Part shown: positions 19,209 through 29,784 of the stretch, one piece after another
Numbering within the stretch: position 1 is the stretch's first letter
How the letters are laid out: every line of letters starts with the position of its first letter
Assembly: GCA_965221905.1 (NCBI GenBank)
Contig: OZ244922.1
Coordinates: forward strand, 1,696,001-1,760,000
Source of the DNA: Chloroflexota bacterium
Lineage (GTDB): Bacteria; Chloroflexota; UBA11872; VXOZ01
Length of the DNA stretch: 64,000 bases
Reading direction: 5' to 3'
Notes under the pieces: generated by a model
Database searches by the model: none
What the model saw: only the letters and a program-made list of their open reading frames with translations
What the model was told of the DNA's origin: nothing
Made by a program: the position numbers and the translations under genes

Positions 19209-19311
19209 GTCAGCGTTGCCTTTCTCGCCCCTAGGCTGGCGCCTGACCCTTGGAGGGTGCTGTCCGCGCTAAGCGCCTTGCCTGAGATGATGTGTACGTT
19301 TCGCGCCAAGA

Positions 19312-19373
19312 AGCGGGGGACAAACCTCCGCGCTACGGCTGGTTAGCAAGGATTGAGCGTACTACGCGGCAAG
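19312..19373 (+). repeat. Dispersed repeat (GCGGGGGACAA.C..CCGC.CTA...GAGCGT..ACGCGGCAAGA)
   Basis: Second copy at ~29700-29761. Confidence 0.65.
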
Positions 19374-19399
19374 AGAACATAACTGCGGCAAGGTGCTCA

Positions 19400-19511
19400 G
19401 CAACGTTCGCCCTGAGCTTGTCGAAGGGCGAACGTTGCAATGGGGAAGCGGCGTTAGAAATGCCGTTCATGCTTCGACAGGGACTTGGCGGAGCCGCCTC
19501 AGCACGAACGG
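19400..19511. repeat. REP doublet, CCCTGAGCTTGTCGAAGGG family
   Basis: GCAACGTTCGCCCT-GAGCTTGTCGA-AGGGCGAACGTTGC and inverted CCGTTCATGCTTCGACAG..CTCAGCACGAACGG; same family at 7238-7395 and 39080-39112. Confidence 0.75.
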
Positions 19512-19557
19512 TTTTCATGGGCCTTGCAAACACTCTCCTAAACGCGCGCGGCTGGCC

Positions 19558-20280
19558 TTAAGGCACGTCCATGGTGCGCAGGCGATACAACGCAAGCAAG
19601 AAGAAGGCCACGATCACGACGCCGGTCCCAACGATTGCGGCGGGAAACTCAATTACGCGGGCTTCGAGGGATGCAAAGCTGCTCCCGTCCATGCCGTGAA
19701 GAAGCGCCAGTGTATAGCCGCGTACACTGAGATAGCGAACGCCGCTTATGATGGTGCTCAGCAGCCCTTCCCACACGAGCACGTACACCAGACCGTAGGC
19801 GAGCGCCCGTGGGGTCAGCAGTCCGGCCAGAGTGAAGATCGAGGCGTAGGCGGTCACACCCGCTACGAGAGCAACCGCGAGCGTGCCGAGAGTAGCGATC
19901 TCAGCGCCTATCAGCGCAGACGCCACGAGCCCGCTTGCCACTACCAATGGCAGGGCCACGACCAATGTCGCAAGCAGTTTTGCAAGCACAATATACACTC
20001 GCGAGACCGGTTTAAGCACAAGATAGTAGAGGGTCTTGTCTTCGAGTTCGTTGCCGAAAGCGGCCGTGGCTAGGGCCATCGTAACGATTGGCATGATGCC
20101 GCCGATGACCATGCCGTCGACTATGGTGTCAATGAATTCCTGTTCGAATCCGATGTCTGACTCGCCTAGGAGTCTTATCAATAGGATGAGCAATGTCGGA
20201 AGGGCAGCTAGGAGCAGAATGACGAGCACGCGCCAGCGGCTAAGAAGCTGCCGGAGTGAGAGCAAGAATACCTCAGCCAT
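19558..20280 (-). CDS. ABC-2 type transporter permease
   Basis: ~6 TM; ELEDKTLYYLVLKPVSR motif. Confidence 0.85.
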   Translation of the reverse strand: MAEVFLLSLRQLLSRWRVLVILLLAALPTLLILLIRLLGESDIGFEQEFIDTIVDGMVIGGIMPIVTMALATAAFGNELEDKTLYYLVLKPVSRVYIVLAKLLATLVVALPLVVASGLVASALIGAEIATLGTLAVALVAGVTAYASIFTLAGLLTPRALAYGLVYVLVWEGLLSTIISGVRYLSVRGYTLALLHGMDGSSFASLEARVIEFPAAIVGTGVVIVAFFLLALYRLRTMDVP

Positions 20281-21210
20281 CTAGCCCTCCACGATGTAGC
20301 TGAAAACGCTCTCGAGCGAATCGTCCAGCGGTTCCACGCGCTCGAGGCGAATATTGCGGTCCTTGGCCATGCGAGCAAGCGAGCGTTGCAGTACTGCCAC
20401 GTTCCTACTGAGTACGATCACGTCGTTGTCGGCTCCCAGCGAGACCGATTCGATGGTCTCCAACTCGATAAGCGCTGCCGCCATCTGTCGAGGTTCGCTG
20501 GACACGATGCGCACGTTATAAGGTTGCTCGTCGAGCTTGGCGCGAATCGCCCGGAAGTCGCCGGAAGCGGCCAATTTGCCGCTTACCATCAGGAGAATCC
20601 GGTCGGCCAGGGTTTCGACCTCTTCCAAGATGTGCGAAGAGATCAAGATTGTCCGGCCTTCGTCCGCCAGGTGGCGCATGAGATCGTGGAACTCCAGGCG
20701 CTGGCGCGGGTCGGTGCCGTTTAGCGGTTCATCGAGGATGATCGCCTCGGGCTCGTGCACGATGGTTGCTGCCAGTCGCATTCGTTGTCGCATCCCGCGC
20801 GAGTACGTGCCAAGCGGTCGGTGCTGCGCATCGGTCAGTCCCACGCGCTCGATGGCGCGTTCGGTTGCTTCATCTATGGCGGTAACGCCGTGTAGCTTGG
20901 CGGACCACTCGACGAATTGTCTGCCGGTCTGGAAGCCGTACACGGCCTCGTGCTCCGACATGACACCGACGCGGCGAAAGAGATTCGGGTTGTTGCGCGG
21001 CGATTGTCCAAAGATGGTGACAGAGCCGTCCGATGGGGAGGCAAGGCCTTCGATCATCTTTAGGAGCGTCGTCTTGCCCGCGCCGTTCGGACCCAGCAAG
21101 CCGGTGATCCCCTGCTCGACGGTGAGGGTAACGTCGTTTACCGCCACGACGCTCCCATACCATTTCGAAATACTCTCGACGGCAATGATAGGAGCATCAG
21201 GGCCGGTCAT
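20281..21210 (-). CDS. ABC transporter ATP-binding protein
   Basis: GPNGAGKT, YSRGMRQR, ILDEP, ISSH. Confidence 0.95.
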   Translation of the reverse strand: MTGPDAPIIAVESISKWYGSVVAVNDVTLTVEQGITGLLGPNGAGKTTLLKMIEGLASPSDGSVTIFGQSPRNNPNLFRRVGVMSEHEAVYGFQTGRQFVEWSAKLHGVTAIDEATERAIERVGLTDAQHRPLGTYSRGMRQRMRLAATIVHEPEAIILDEPLNGTDPRQRLEFHDLMRHLADEGRTILISSHILEEVETLADRILLMVSGKLAASGDFRAIRAKLDEQPYNVRIVSSEPRQMAAALIELETIESVSLGADNDVIVLSRNVAVLQRSLARMAKDRNIRLERVEPLDDSLESVFSYIVEG

Positions 21211-22163
21211 ATCTTCATTCTCCAGTACCGCAGCAACAGGAGCGCACCCGGTCCGACGACCAAGAGACCATACCAGCCTATGGGTACGGCCAGGGGCAGC
21301 TCGGCGACAAGGGCGGACGCGTCATCTTGGGTGTCATCGTCGAACATCAGGTCGCTGAGGTGCGTGGGAGCGCGGCCAACGTCCAGCAGCACGAACCACT
21401 TGGCATAGTCGCCGGTTAAGCGTCCACATTCTTCTACCCCATCCTCGGCGACAACTTCACCGCTGTCCACGGCATACGACACCGAGGTCTCGCACCATTC
21501 GGTTGTGAGCAGTCCCGACATCGGCGTGGTGATCACAAAGAGTGCGATGACAAACGCCGCGGCGTAGGCCCGCCGGTCGGTGAATGCCGCTACTGCCATT
21601 GGAATGGTCGTTACAAACACGGTGATGATGACTCCGGCCAAGATGAAGCTGGGTATGTCCAGCCAGTTCTCCCGCAGGAATTCACCAGGCTTCTCCGCTA
21701 AGAGCAGGTTTCCGGCGAGTACGAGCACCTGTCCCATAAGAGTGACCGCGAGCGTGACGCAGAGAAATGCCGACCAACGTGCCGCGACGTAGTCGAAGGC
21801 GGTCAGAGGCCGCACCAGGTAAAGAGTAGTGACACCGCTCCGCCGATCGGGAATGAGCAGCTCCGGTGCGATGATGGCTGAGAAGAGAAGCAGAAGTATC
21901 GCCGTAGCTTCGTAGAAATCAGCATGGCTGACCTGTTCCGCAACCGGCAATACCGCTGCCAACACGAGGAAGACGGCAGGCGGGGCAACGACGAAGAGTG
22001 ACATGAGCACCGGCAAGATCTTAGCGCGGGCGCCCCGACCTAAGCCAAGGGTCGTTCGGAAGCTATTCACCCACAATGAACGCACGGCTTGAATCCTGCC
22101 GCCGCGTGGGCCGTCGTAGTGTTGGTAACCGAGATCGTAGATCTCGCCCTGCGCCTCAGTCAT
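21207..22163 (-). CDS. ABC-2 type transporter permease
   Basis: IYDLGYQHYDG N-terminus, DRRSGVTTLYLVRPL, multiple TMs. Confidence 0.85.
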   Translation of the reverse strand: MTEAQGEIYDLGYQHYDGPRGGRIQAVRSLWVNSFRTTLGLGRGARAKILPVLMSLFVVAPPAVFLVLAAVLPVAEQVSHADFYEATAILLLLFSAIIAPELLIPDRRSGVTTLYLVRPLTAFDYVAARWSAFLCVTLAVTLMGQVLVLAGNLLLAEKPGEFLRENWLDIPSFILAGVIITVFVTTIPMAVAAFTDRRAYAAAFVIALFVITTPMSGLLTTEWCETSVSYAVDSGEVVAEDGVEECGRLTGDYAKWFVLLDVGRAPTHLSDLMFDDDTQDDASALVAELPLAVPIGWYGLLVVGPGALLLLRYWRMKI

Positions 22164-23080
22164 CCTGCATTCCTCCGGAAGATGTCTGAGAGTTCGCCGC
22201 GACTGGGGGCGAGTCGCCGCAACCGGGCCTTTGCCTTTACCAGCGCGTCGCGGACGTCGTCGAGTTGGTCGTCACCATGCAATCGGACCACCAGCGATGC
22301 TCCACTAATAGACGCCTTGATGCCACGGACTTCGAGAGCGGTAATCACCTCTTCACGACGATCGTCCACGTCGAGGTAAAACGTCTCGGTCTCTTGCGTG
22401 AAATCGGACACGTCGCCCTGCTCGATGATGCTGCCGCCTTCGATCACGACGATGCGGTCGCAGGTACTCTCAACATCCCCCATGAGGTGTGACGAAAGCA
22501 TGATATTGATACCGAATTGCTTGCCGGTCCGCCGCACGAGTTCCAGCATCTCTTCGCGTCCGCCCGGGTCAAGGCCGGCGGTTGGTTCGTCGAGCAGCAC
22601 CATCACCGGGTCGTGCACCAGGGCTTGTGCCAGCTTCACACGCTGCTTCATGCCGGTGGAGTATTCTTTGATGTGGCGGTAGCGTTCTTCATCCAGGCCC
22701 ACGTGCCGGAGCATGTCGGCGGCGCGGGTGCGGGCGTGTTTGGGAGGAATGCCGCTCACCTGGGCCATGTGACTGAGAAATTCCGATGCCGTGAGAAAGT
22801 CTGGCAGGCAATCGTGCTCCGGCATGTAGCCCAGACGCATGCGAATGGCGACATCTTCGTAGGGCTTCTCTCCCAAGACCGTTGCCGCGCCGGCGGTGGG
22901 CCTGAGCAACCCGAGAAACAGCTTCATAGCCGTGCTCTTGCCCGCGCCGTTCGGCCCCAACAATCCCGTGATACCTTCGCGAACCTGCATATCAACTTCG
23001 TGCAGCGCGATTGTTTGGCCGTAGTGCTTGGTCAGGTTTTCTGCTTCGATAAGAGGTTCGCCCACTGTTGTTCCGTTCAT
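22160..23080 (-). CDS. ABC transporter ATP-binding protein
   Basis: GPNGAGKS, YSTGMKQR, LLDEPTAGLD. Confidence 0.95.
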   Translation of the reverse strand: MNGTTVGEPLIEAENLTKHYGQTIALHEVDMQVREGITGLLGPNGAGKSTAMKLFLGLLRPTAGAATVLGEKPYEDVAIRMRLGYMPEHDCLPDFLTASEFLSHMAQVSGIPPKHARTRAADMLRHVGLDEERYRHIKEYSTGMKQRVKLAQALVHDPVMVLLDEPTAGLDPGGREEMLELVRRTGKQFGINIMLSSHLMGDVESTCDRIVVIEGGSIIEQGDVSDFTQETETFYLDVDDRREEVITALEVRGIKASISGASLVVRLHGDDQLDDVRDALVKAKARLRRLAPSRGELSDIFRRNAG

Positions 23081-23150
23081 AGGCTCTGATGCAGGGCTAC
23101 ACTTCCAGCCTTAGGGTAGTTACGGTTTAGCTTTAGGAATAAATAGATTG

Positions 23151-23164
23151 TTTATAATTATAAA
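23151..23164. promoter_or_regulatory. AT-rich palindrome upstream of the ABC-2 operon
   Basis: Perfect TTTATAATTATAAA containing TATAAT on both strands, in an AT-rich spacer. Confidence 0.4.
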
Positions 23165-23318
23165 TGTCTAATCAGAATGGTGTCAAATAAAGTCAAGTGA
23201 TTGATAGAAAAACTGTAAGCGAAGTTATGATTTCCATTGACAGGATACAAGGGGTGTGGCATTGGAGCAAACAGGACGTACAGACTGAAGGCGTACGGAT
23301 TGAGGCAGCCAGTGTGTG

Positions 23319-25142
23319 CTAGCGGTACCAACTCGCCTGCATCGAGTAGAGTTCGGCGTAGCGCCCATTTGCGGCCATGAGTTCCTGATGGGAACCGGTC
23401 TCTATGATGCCTCCGTCCTCAAGTACCATGATGTTATCCGCCATGCGCACGGTAGAGAATCGATGCGAGATTATGAGAGCCGTCTTACCGGCAATCAACT
23501 CTCGGAAACGTTGGAAGAGGTGGTACTCGGCCTCGGCATCCAGCGCAGCGGTCGGCTCATCGAGAATTACGAGCGCGGCATCGCGCATGAAGCCGCGCGC
23601 CAGCGCAACCTTCTGCCACTCCCCGCCGGAGAGCTCCACCCCGCCTGAGAATCGGCGGGTGAGTTGCGTGTCGTAACCTCTTTCTAATCCGGCAGCCACC
23701 TGGTCTGCTCCCGCCCAGACTGCCGCTTGCCGCATGCGCTCCTCGCTCGCGTCCAGACCGCCGCTGCCCACCGTGATGTTTTCCCCAAGGCTCAAGGCAA
23801 AGCGCGCAAAGTCCTGGTAAACAACGGCGATGCGCCGACGCAGGCTCTCCAAGTCGTACTCGTGTAAGGGCTGGCCATCCAGCAGGATTTCTCCCTCCAC
23901 GGGGTCGTACATGCGGGTAAGCAGCTTGACGAGCGTACTCTTGCCGGCGCCGTTGACACCCACCAGTGCGGTTACCTTGCCTGCAGGGAGTGCCGCACTG
24001 ACTCCACACAGGACATCTGATTCGCCCTCTGGGTATTGGAACGTGACGTTCCGCAGCGAAATACCCTGTTGGAGAAGTGTAGGTGCGTCGAGGGCGTCGG
24101 CAGGAGCGGGAAGTGCAATCCGCGGCTCGCTGCTGTCCAGGAAGCTGAAGATGGTGTCGAGCCGCAAAGTCGTTTCGTAGAGCCTGCCCACCCATTGTCC
24201 TATGTAGCGGAGCGCCGTTTCGGACTGAGTGATGGCGCCGAGATAGAGGGCGATGTCTCCCACGGTGAGTTGGCCCGCTCCGGCCTGAGCCGCCACGTAC
24301 CAGAATCCGCCGCCCAAAGCCGCGGCATAGAGGGCGCCAAAGAAGCCGTTGCTCCGCAGGTGTTTCAGTCGCACCCGATCGAGCTCGCGGAGTGCCCGCA
24401 GACGCCGCTCTTCGAAACGTTGGAGGAAGAGGCCGCCCAAGCCAAAGACGCGCACTTCCTTGGCCGATTGTGGTTCAGTGGCTACCTGAGTGTAATACGC
24501 CATCTCACGAGCCGCGCGAGATTGCTCTTCGATGGCCTTGTGGCGGTTTCTCGCCATGCGCCGCTCGCTAATGAGGTAGGGAATGGTTGCGAGTAACAGG
24601 ACCAGGGGTATGAGCGGATGCAGCCGCACGAGCAGAACGAGCAGACCCGCCAAGGTCAAGGCAGGGCGCAAGCCGCTCTGCAGGAACCCCACCAGCCGGG
24701 GCACGATGCGGCTGCCAAACATGGCATGCGCAAGTCTCTCTTGGAAGGACGGCCGCTCAATGTCATAGAGATCTACCATGCGACCGCCTGCCGCCATGAG
24801 ACGACGGTCGAATTCGCCAAGGGCCCGCTCTTCCAGCCTCGCGGTGATAGCTTCCTGAACGGGCTCCAGGGCTGTCTTCAAGACCATTATCAAGGCGTAG
24901 AATGCGGCTGTTAGCAAAATAGCAGACAGCGCTATTGCGGCCCCGCCCACTGCGAGCGCGAGCTGGTCCAATAGCACCTTGGCGAGCCACACTTGAGCAA
25001 CCGGCATAGCTGAAGTTAGCAAAGCCAGAGCTACGAAGATCGTCGCCACGCCCGGTGTCGGCGCTAGGCCCAGGTGGAGCCCGCGACCGAAGAGGACGAT
25101 GGTGGACCGCACCATGCGGAGTTGCTTTAACAATAGATTCAC
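23319..25142 (-). CDS. ABC exporter, fused permease/ATPase
   Basis: Likely GTG 25142 overlapping upstream stop (GTGA); AKEVRVFGL, GVNGAGKS, LSGGEWQK, SHRFSTVR. Confidence 0.9.
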   Translation of the reverse strand: MNLLLKQLRMVRSTIVLFGRGLHLGLAPTPGVATIFVALALLTSAMPVAQVWLAKVLLDQLALAVGGAAIALSAILLTAAFYALIMVLKTALEPVQEAITARLEERALGEFDRRLMAAGGRMVDLYDIERPSFQERLAHAMFGSRIVPRLVGFLQSGLRPALTLAGLLVLLVRLHPLIPLVLLLATIPYLISERRMARNRHKAIEEQSRAAREMAYYTQVATEPQSAKEVRVFGLGGLFLQRFEERRLRALRELDRVRLKHLRSNGFFGALYAAALGGGFWYVAAQAGAGQLTVGDIALYLGAITQSETALRYIGQWVGRLYETTLRLDTIFSFLDSSEPRIALPAPADALDAPTLLQQGISLRNVTFQYPEGESDVLCGVSAALPAGKVTALVGVNGAGKSTLVKLLTRMYDPVEGEILLDGQPLHEYDLESLRRRIAVVYQDFARFALSLGENITVGSGGLDASEERMRQAAVWAGADQVAAGLERGYDTQLTRRFSGGVELSGGEWQKVALARGFMRDAALVILDEPTAALDAEAEYHLFQRFRELIAGKTALIISHRFSTVRMADNIMVLEDGGIIETGSHQELMAANGRYAELYSMQASWYR

Positions 25143-27001
25143 GCCCCGTCTTCCTCTTGCGTTGCATCCGTATACTGCGCTGCCTGCAGTCGGTAAAGGC
25201 GAGCGTACCCTCCGTCCTGCGCCGTGAGTTGGTCGTGGGTACCTGCTTCGGCAATACGCCCATCTGCCAAGTACAGGATGCGGTCGGCCATGCGCACCGT
25301 GGAGAAGCGGTGACTGATGAGCACGGTGATCTTGTCCCGCGTTAGCGCGTGGAAGCGCTGGTACACTGCGTACTCGGTCTCCACGTCCAGCGCAGCGGTC
25401 GGTTCGTCGAGAACAATGAGTGGAGCGTCCCGCATGAAGCCCCGCGCCAACGCGAGTCTTTGCCACTCGCCGCCGGAGAGTTCGCGTCCGCCGAATTGCC
25501 GGCCCAATTGGGTCTCAAGACCGTCCGGCAACCTCTCGAAGACCTCGTCGGCGCCGGATTGGGCGGCAGCGGCGAGGATACGCTCTTCGTCGTCAAACAC
25601 TTCCACCTGACCCAGCCCTACGTTCTCGCCTGCCGTCAGCTCGTATTGGACGAAATCCTGGAAGATCACACCCATTCTGCGACGCAGATCGGCTAGGTCA
25701 TACTCGCGCAAATCGACGCCATCTAACAGAATGCGCCCGCCGGTAGGATCGTAGAAGCGCAGCAGCAACTTGACGATGGTTGTCTTGCCGGCTCCGTTGT
25801 GCCCCACGAGCGCCGTGGATTGGCCCGGCTCGAAATGGAATGAAACATCCTCCAATACCGGCTTGTTGGTGCCTGGATAAGTGAAGCCGACGTGTTCGAA
25901 GACGATGCCTTCCCGGATAGGGCTTGGCGTCGGTTTGGGTTGGCTGGGCTGTGGCAAGTCCGGTGGCGCTTCCAGGATGCGCTTCAGTGTGCGCAGTCTG
26001 CTAAAGGCGAGAGGGAGAAAGCCCATTTGAAATCCAACATAGAGGAGTTGCTGGTGGAGTAAGGCGGCCGCCCCACCGTAGAGCAAGAAGGCGCCCAAGG
26101 ACTCTTCACCGAGAAACACACGCCACGCCAGCCAGACCCAGAGCACGCCAACCCCCAGCGCTGCAAGCAAACTTGCCAGCGTTACGCGCGGCACCATGGA
26201 GTGGCGTACGCGGTAGAGCAACTCCAAGGTGCGGTCGAAGATGGTTGTGTATCGCTGCGCGAAAAACTCGTTCAGTCCGTAGAAGCGCACATCCTTAGCG
26301 GGTTCGGGGGTCAACATCATGCCGCGGCTGTACTCGAGACGGCGTGTCTCAGGGGTCTGCACATAAAGATGACTGCCCATGCGGTCGGAAAAGTCCCACC
26401 GCTGCCCAATGGCTGGGAGCGTGAGCAGTAGGAGTACTATCGGCACAAGGGGATGCAAGGCCGCCAAGACCACTGCCATACCAATGGCGGTGAGAAGGGA
26501 TAACGCCGCGAACTCACCGGTTCTCATGATGTCCATCCCGCCGCCGCTAACGTACCGGCGGGCGTGTGCCAGATCGTCGGCAAATTGTGGGTTCTCGAAC
26601 CGTGCCAGGCCCTGCCAGCTATTGGCGACGCGGATCAGTTCACGCCCAACGAAGCCCGTGATGCGATCATCCACCATGACCGGAAACGTGGCGGAAAGGG
26701 GCTGCAAGAATTGGGAGAGGGCGACCGCCGCGGCCGCAAGGCCGATCCAAGCGCCAAGGGGAAGTAGCCGCACCACGTCAGGTGCTTGCGCGGTCAATCC
26801 AAGGTCGAACGTGAGCCGGTCTACCAGGGCCTGCGTGAACCAGAGGAGCAGGGGCGGGAGGGACGCCTGCACGGCGAACAACAGCAAGAGGAGGCTGCCC
26901 AGAAGCGGCTGGGCGCGCCATGCCAGCCAGACAGCCAGGCGACATAGATGGAGCGTCTCCGGCGCCCGCTTGAAGAAAGACCTCTCATGATGTGGGACCA
27001 T
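25139..27001 (-). CDS. ABC exporter, fused permease/ATPase
   Basis: AKDVRFYGL, GHNGAGKT, LSGGEWQR, LDEPTAALD. Confidence 0.92.
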   Translation of the reverse strand: MVPHHERSFFKRAPETLHLCRLAVWLAWRAQPLLGSLLLLLFAVQASLPPLLLWFTQALVDRLTFDLGLTAQAPDVVRLLPLGAWIGLAAAAVALSQFLQPLSATFPVMVDDRITGFVGRELIRVANSWQGLARFENPQFADDLAHARRYVSGGGMDIMRTGEFAALSLLTAIGMAVVLAALHPLVPIVLLLLTLPAIGQRWDFSDRMGSHLYVQTPETRRLEYSRGMMLTPEPAKDVRFYGLNEFFAQRYTTIFDRTLELLYRVRHSMVPRVTLASLLAALGVGVLWVWLAWRVFLGEESLGAFLLYGGAAALLHQQLLYVGFQMGFLPLAFSRLRTLKRILEAPPDLPQPSQPKPTPSPIREGIVFEHVGFTYPGTNKPVLEDVSFHFEPGQSTALVGHNGAGKTTIVKLLLRFYDPTGGRILLDGVDLREYDLADLRRRMGVIFQDFVQYELTAGENVGLGQVEVFDDEERILAAAAQSGADEVFERLPDGLETQLGRQFGGRELSGGEWQRLALARGFMRDAPLIVLDEPTAALDVETEYAVYQRFHALTRDKITVLISHRFSTVRMADRILYLADGRIAEAGTHDQLTAQDGGYARLYRLQAAQYTDATQEEDGA

Positions 27002-27307
27002 CTAGGTGCCTTCCAATGAAGAGATGAAGTATTGCATAGATGTTCGTGTGGTGCGGTGAAGCCCTTTATGAGAGCTCACTCCTACACATAGGTGCAATTG
27101 TGACGCAAGAGTCGTGCACTAATGCAACATGGCTCGTTGGCTGAGGAGCCCCACTCCAATTAGTGCAGCGTGAGAGGATCGAAGAGAAGCCACAGGAATT
27201 GAAAGTCGTGACTTCGTTGAGGGATGAATCTATATCCAACACGACCGGGGCAAAGGGAGGAATTGCCAGACAGTTCCAATGCATGAATAGAGAGAAAAAA
27301 CAGAAAC

Positions 27308-27889
27308 CTAGTCTATTGATCTATCAAATTCAATAAACTCTCGTATGGCAGCCGGAAATCTTTCAACAAAGTTTGTCGCTTTTCGGTATAGATCAAAAAC
27401 CTCATCAACGGTCTTGCTTAGTTGAAAGTCCGCATAGTTTCCGTGAACCATTTGATTCCTAAGGTTTCCAATTTCTAAGAATGCTTTCACCGATTGATCT
27501 AAGGAAATGTCCTCTCTAACCTTTCCCTCCATGTAACTCTTGAACTCTGGGCCAAATTTCCGATAGAAAGAGTTAGCATTCTGACTGGTTCTGCCTTCAT
27601 TACCCCACTCGAATAGCTGAGCAAAGCGCCTTCCAATTGCCTGTTTCTTAACGAACTGTGCGAGAGCGTCTGCCTCCCGTGTTGTTTCATAGTAAAGTTC
27701 AACTATTGATTGCGATAGTCTCGTTTCGAAGTAACTTGCCGCTGCTATGATGAGTGTCTTGCTGAACGCGTCTTCTATTCTGGACTGTAACCGTAACTGG
27801 CTGCGAGATTGCAGGTAGGCCACCAAGTCCCTATGGTCACTCCACAACTCTTCAATTCGGTTGTTTGTATCCGGTCCTGGTTCTACCAT
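27308..27889 (-). CDS. HEPN domain protein (RiboL-PSP/MAE_28990-like)
   Basis: AASYFE helix and Rx4H motif RNQMVH; AT-richer than flanks. Confidence 0.8.
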   Translation of the reverse strand: MVEPGPDTNNRIEELWSDHRDLVAYLQSRSQLRLQSRIEDAFSKTLIIAAASYFETRLSQSIVELYYETTREADALAQFVKKQAIGRRFAQLFEWGNEGRTSQNANSFYRKFGPEFKSYMEGKVREDISLDQSVKAFLEIGNLRNQMVHGNYADFQLSKTVDEVFDLYRKATNFVERFPAAIREFIEFDRSID

Positions 27890-27893
27890 GGAA

Positions 27894-29102
27894 TTATTCC
27901 AGCACCAATATGTCCCGAGCTCGTTCTAGACGCCTCTTCACGTTCGCCATGCTAGTTGTTTGGCTCTGGGTAGCACCTCGAAAAACATCGTCCTCCTTTA
28001 GGGAATTCAGTGATTCAAGGTTTACGCTCCCTTCAACCACGGTTCCTACGCTGTAGGGCTCCCGACAAGCAGCAACAAATACTGATTCAAAAATCATTGG
28101 GCTAAATCGACCTTGGATATTTTGGAAAGCATTTGATGGCAAGTCCTGACAACTTATCAGAAAAGATTCTAGCAACTGCTGCAGTTTACTAAGTTGGCGG
28201 GCATCGAATAATTTTGCTTCTTGAGAGAACTTGTTTAGAAACTTAACCATAGAAGGTCGGTAGGACTCTTCATTGATTAGCATTGCAAATCCACGAAGCA
28301 GAATCTCCACATCTCTCATACGCGTGTCTGGGATCTGTGTACCTACCAGGTTTCGCCACTCTTCTTGGGTGTTGGTTCTGTAAAGCATTTCATAGAAATT
28401 CGAGTCGAATGTACACCTTCGAATTTCCTGGGGCGTCAAGTTAATGCCGCCCGAATTAAGCCGATTGAAAATCTCATACATGGCTTCATCACCGGTCGGC
28501 CCCACCTGTCGTACTATGATGTGTCTTATCGTCCGGAGGTCAAAAGAAGACCGATATTCGTCATCTAAGTTCGAGTAGCTTAGTTTGTGGAACCGGTTTG
28601 GCCGCTCTGGGATGCTCACTGGCAGGCTTAGTCGAAAGTCGACGAAGTACTCGTCATTAGAGAGTTGATCCGCTGGCACTGAGCTTTGGCCTTCCGCGAG
28701 CAAACGGAGTTCTGCTAGCTTTTCCTTCCGAGGAAACCTCTCCTTGGCAAAGTAATAAATCGACATTAGCCTCTGCTGTCCGTCAATTACTAGGAATTCG
28801 TTGCGCCCCTGTTCGTAGAGGAAAATCTGCGGTATAGGGAGCCCAACTATTATGGACTCAATCAGTCTTGATGCCCTATTTATGTCCCAAACGTAGTTGC
28901 GTTGAAATCCGGGAATGACAACAACACCCGAGTCAATGAAGTCCACGAGAGTTTTCGTATTGAAGTCGTTAGGTGAAGAAACTAGATCGTATTGGTCAAT
29001 TGGATACGAGTCGTCGCTTTCATCGCTGCCTACTGCATCCGTCTCGAATTTGTCATTCTCCATACTGTCTACAGTCTCTTGCGTTTCGCGAGGCAGGATC
29101 AT
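27894..29102 (-). CDS. DUF262 (ParB/Srx-like, GmrS-type) domain protein
   Basis: PGFQRNYVW, LIESII.GLPIP, VIDGQQRL, IFNRLNSGG..L..QEIR. Confidence 0.92.
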   Translation of the reverse strand: MILPRETQETVDSMENDKFETDAVGSDESDDSYPIDQYDLVSSPNDFNTKTLVDFIDSGVVVIPGFQRNYVWDINRASRLIESIIVGLPIPQIFLYEQGRNEFLVIDGQQRLMSIYYFAKERFPRKEKLAELRLLAEGQSSVPADQLSNDEYFVDFRLSLPVSIPERPNRFHKLSYSNLDDEYRSSFDLRTIRHIIVRQVGPTGDEAMYEIFNRLNSGGINLTPQEIRRCTFDSNFYEMLYRTNTQEEWRNLVGTQIPDTRMRDVEILLRGFAMLINEESYRPSMVKFLNKFSQEAKLFDARQLSKLQQLLESFLISCQDLPSNAFQNIQGRFSPMIFESVFVAACREPYSVGTVVEGSVNLESLNSLKEDDVFRGATQSQTTSMANVKRRLERARDILVLE

Positions 29103-29699
29103 CAGTTTGGTCTCCTCAATCTAAAGACCCACTTGCAGTGGCCAAGTTACGCCTTGATTTCCCGACTACAACCAATTCAAACATAACCGATCCACATTCT
29201 TCAATCCATTCCTCGGAAAGCTTGACAACTAAGTAAGCCATGATGCGATCGGCCGAAGCTTTCCAGCTCGAGTCCGCACTTCTATGGGGCTCTTGAACCT
29301 CTGAATGGGCATGCTTTCAGGCCGATTCATGCGCGTATCCGAGACAAGAAGGTAAATTGAAGGACAGGTCCTCTTTTATAGGCGGACGTGTCCTTATTCA
29401 GAGTATTTGTCTTAAAACAAGCCATCTGAAAGTGTCTGACGAATCCGGCCGGTTGTGTCAGCATAGCGTGGAGAGCGAGATTGTGCTGCGGCCTGCCGAG
29501 TCGCTGTCAGAAACCGCTGCCAGCCGAAAGATAGCAATGGGACCCTAGCGCTTCGCAGTTAAGGTCTTTCAAAACCCGGTACATCCCTGTGAATTCCAAC
29601 CACTTGGCAGCTCAATTTGCGGGCCCGGTGTCTCTGGGTTTGTGGCATATGGTCAACTCACCACCTTGCCTGAGATGGAGTATTCATATCCTGCCCTAG

Positions 29700-29761
29700 A
29701 GCGGGGGACAAGCCCCCGCTCTAGGGCTTGTCGGCCGGAATCGAGCGTGCACGCGGCAAGA
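29700..29761 (+). repeat. Dispersed repeat, second copy, with long hairpin
   Basis: GCCCTAGAGCGGGG-GACAAG-CCCCGCTCTAGGGC hairpin beginning ~29693; matches 19312-19373. Confidence 0.65.
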
Positions 29762-29784
29762 CGACCCTAACCGAGACTAGGTGT

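Noticed and set aside
25143-25466. N-terminal extension of the 715-aa ABC ORF
   Set aside because: Overlaps the upstream exporter; GTG 25142 gives normal translational coupling
27066-27284. Cys-containing 72-aa ORF as RiPP precursor
   Set aside because: No RBS, no recognisable leader motif and no maturase nearby; not listed as a feature
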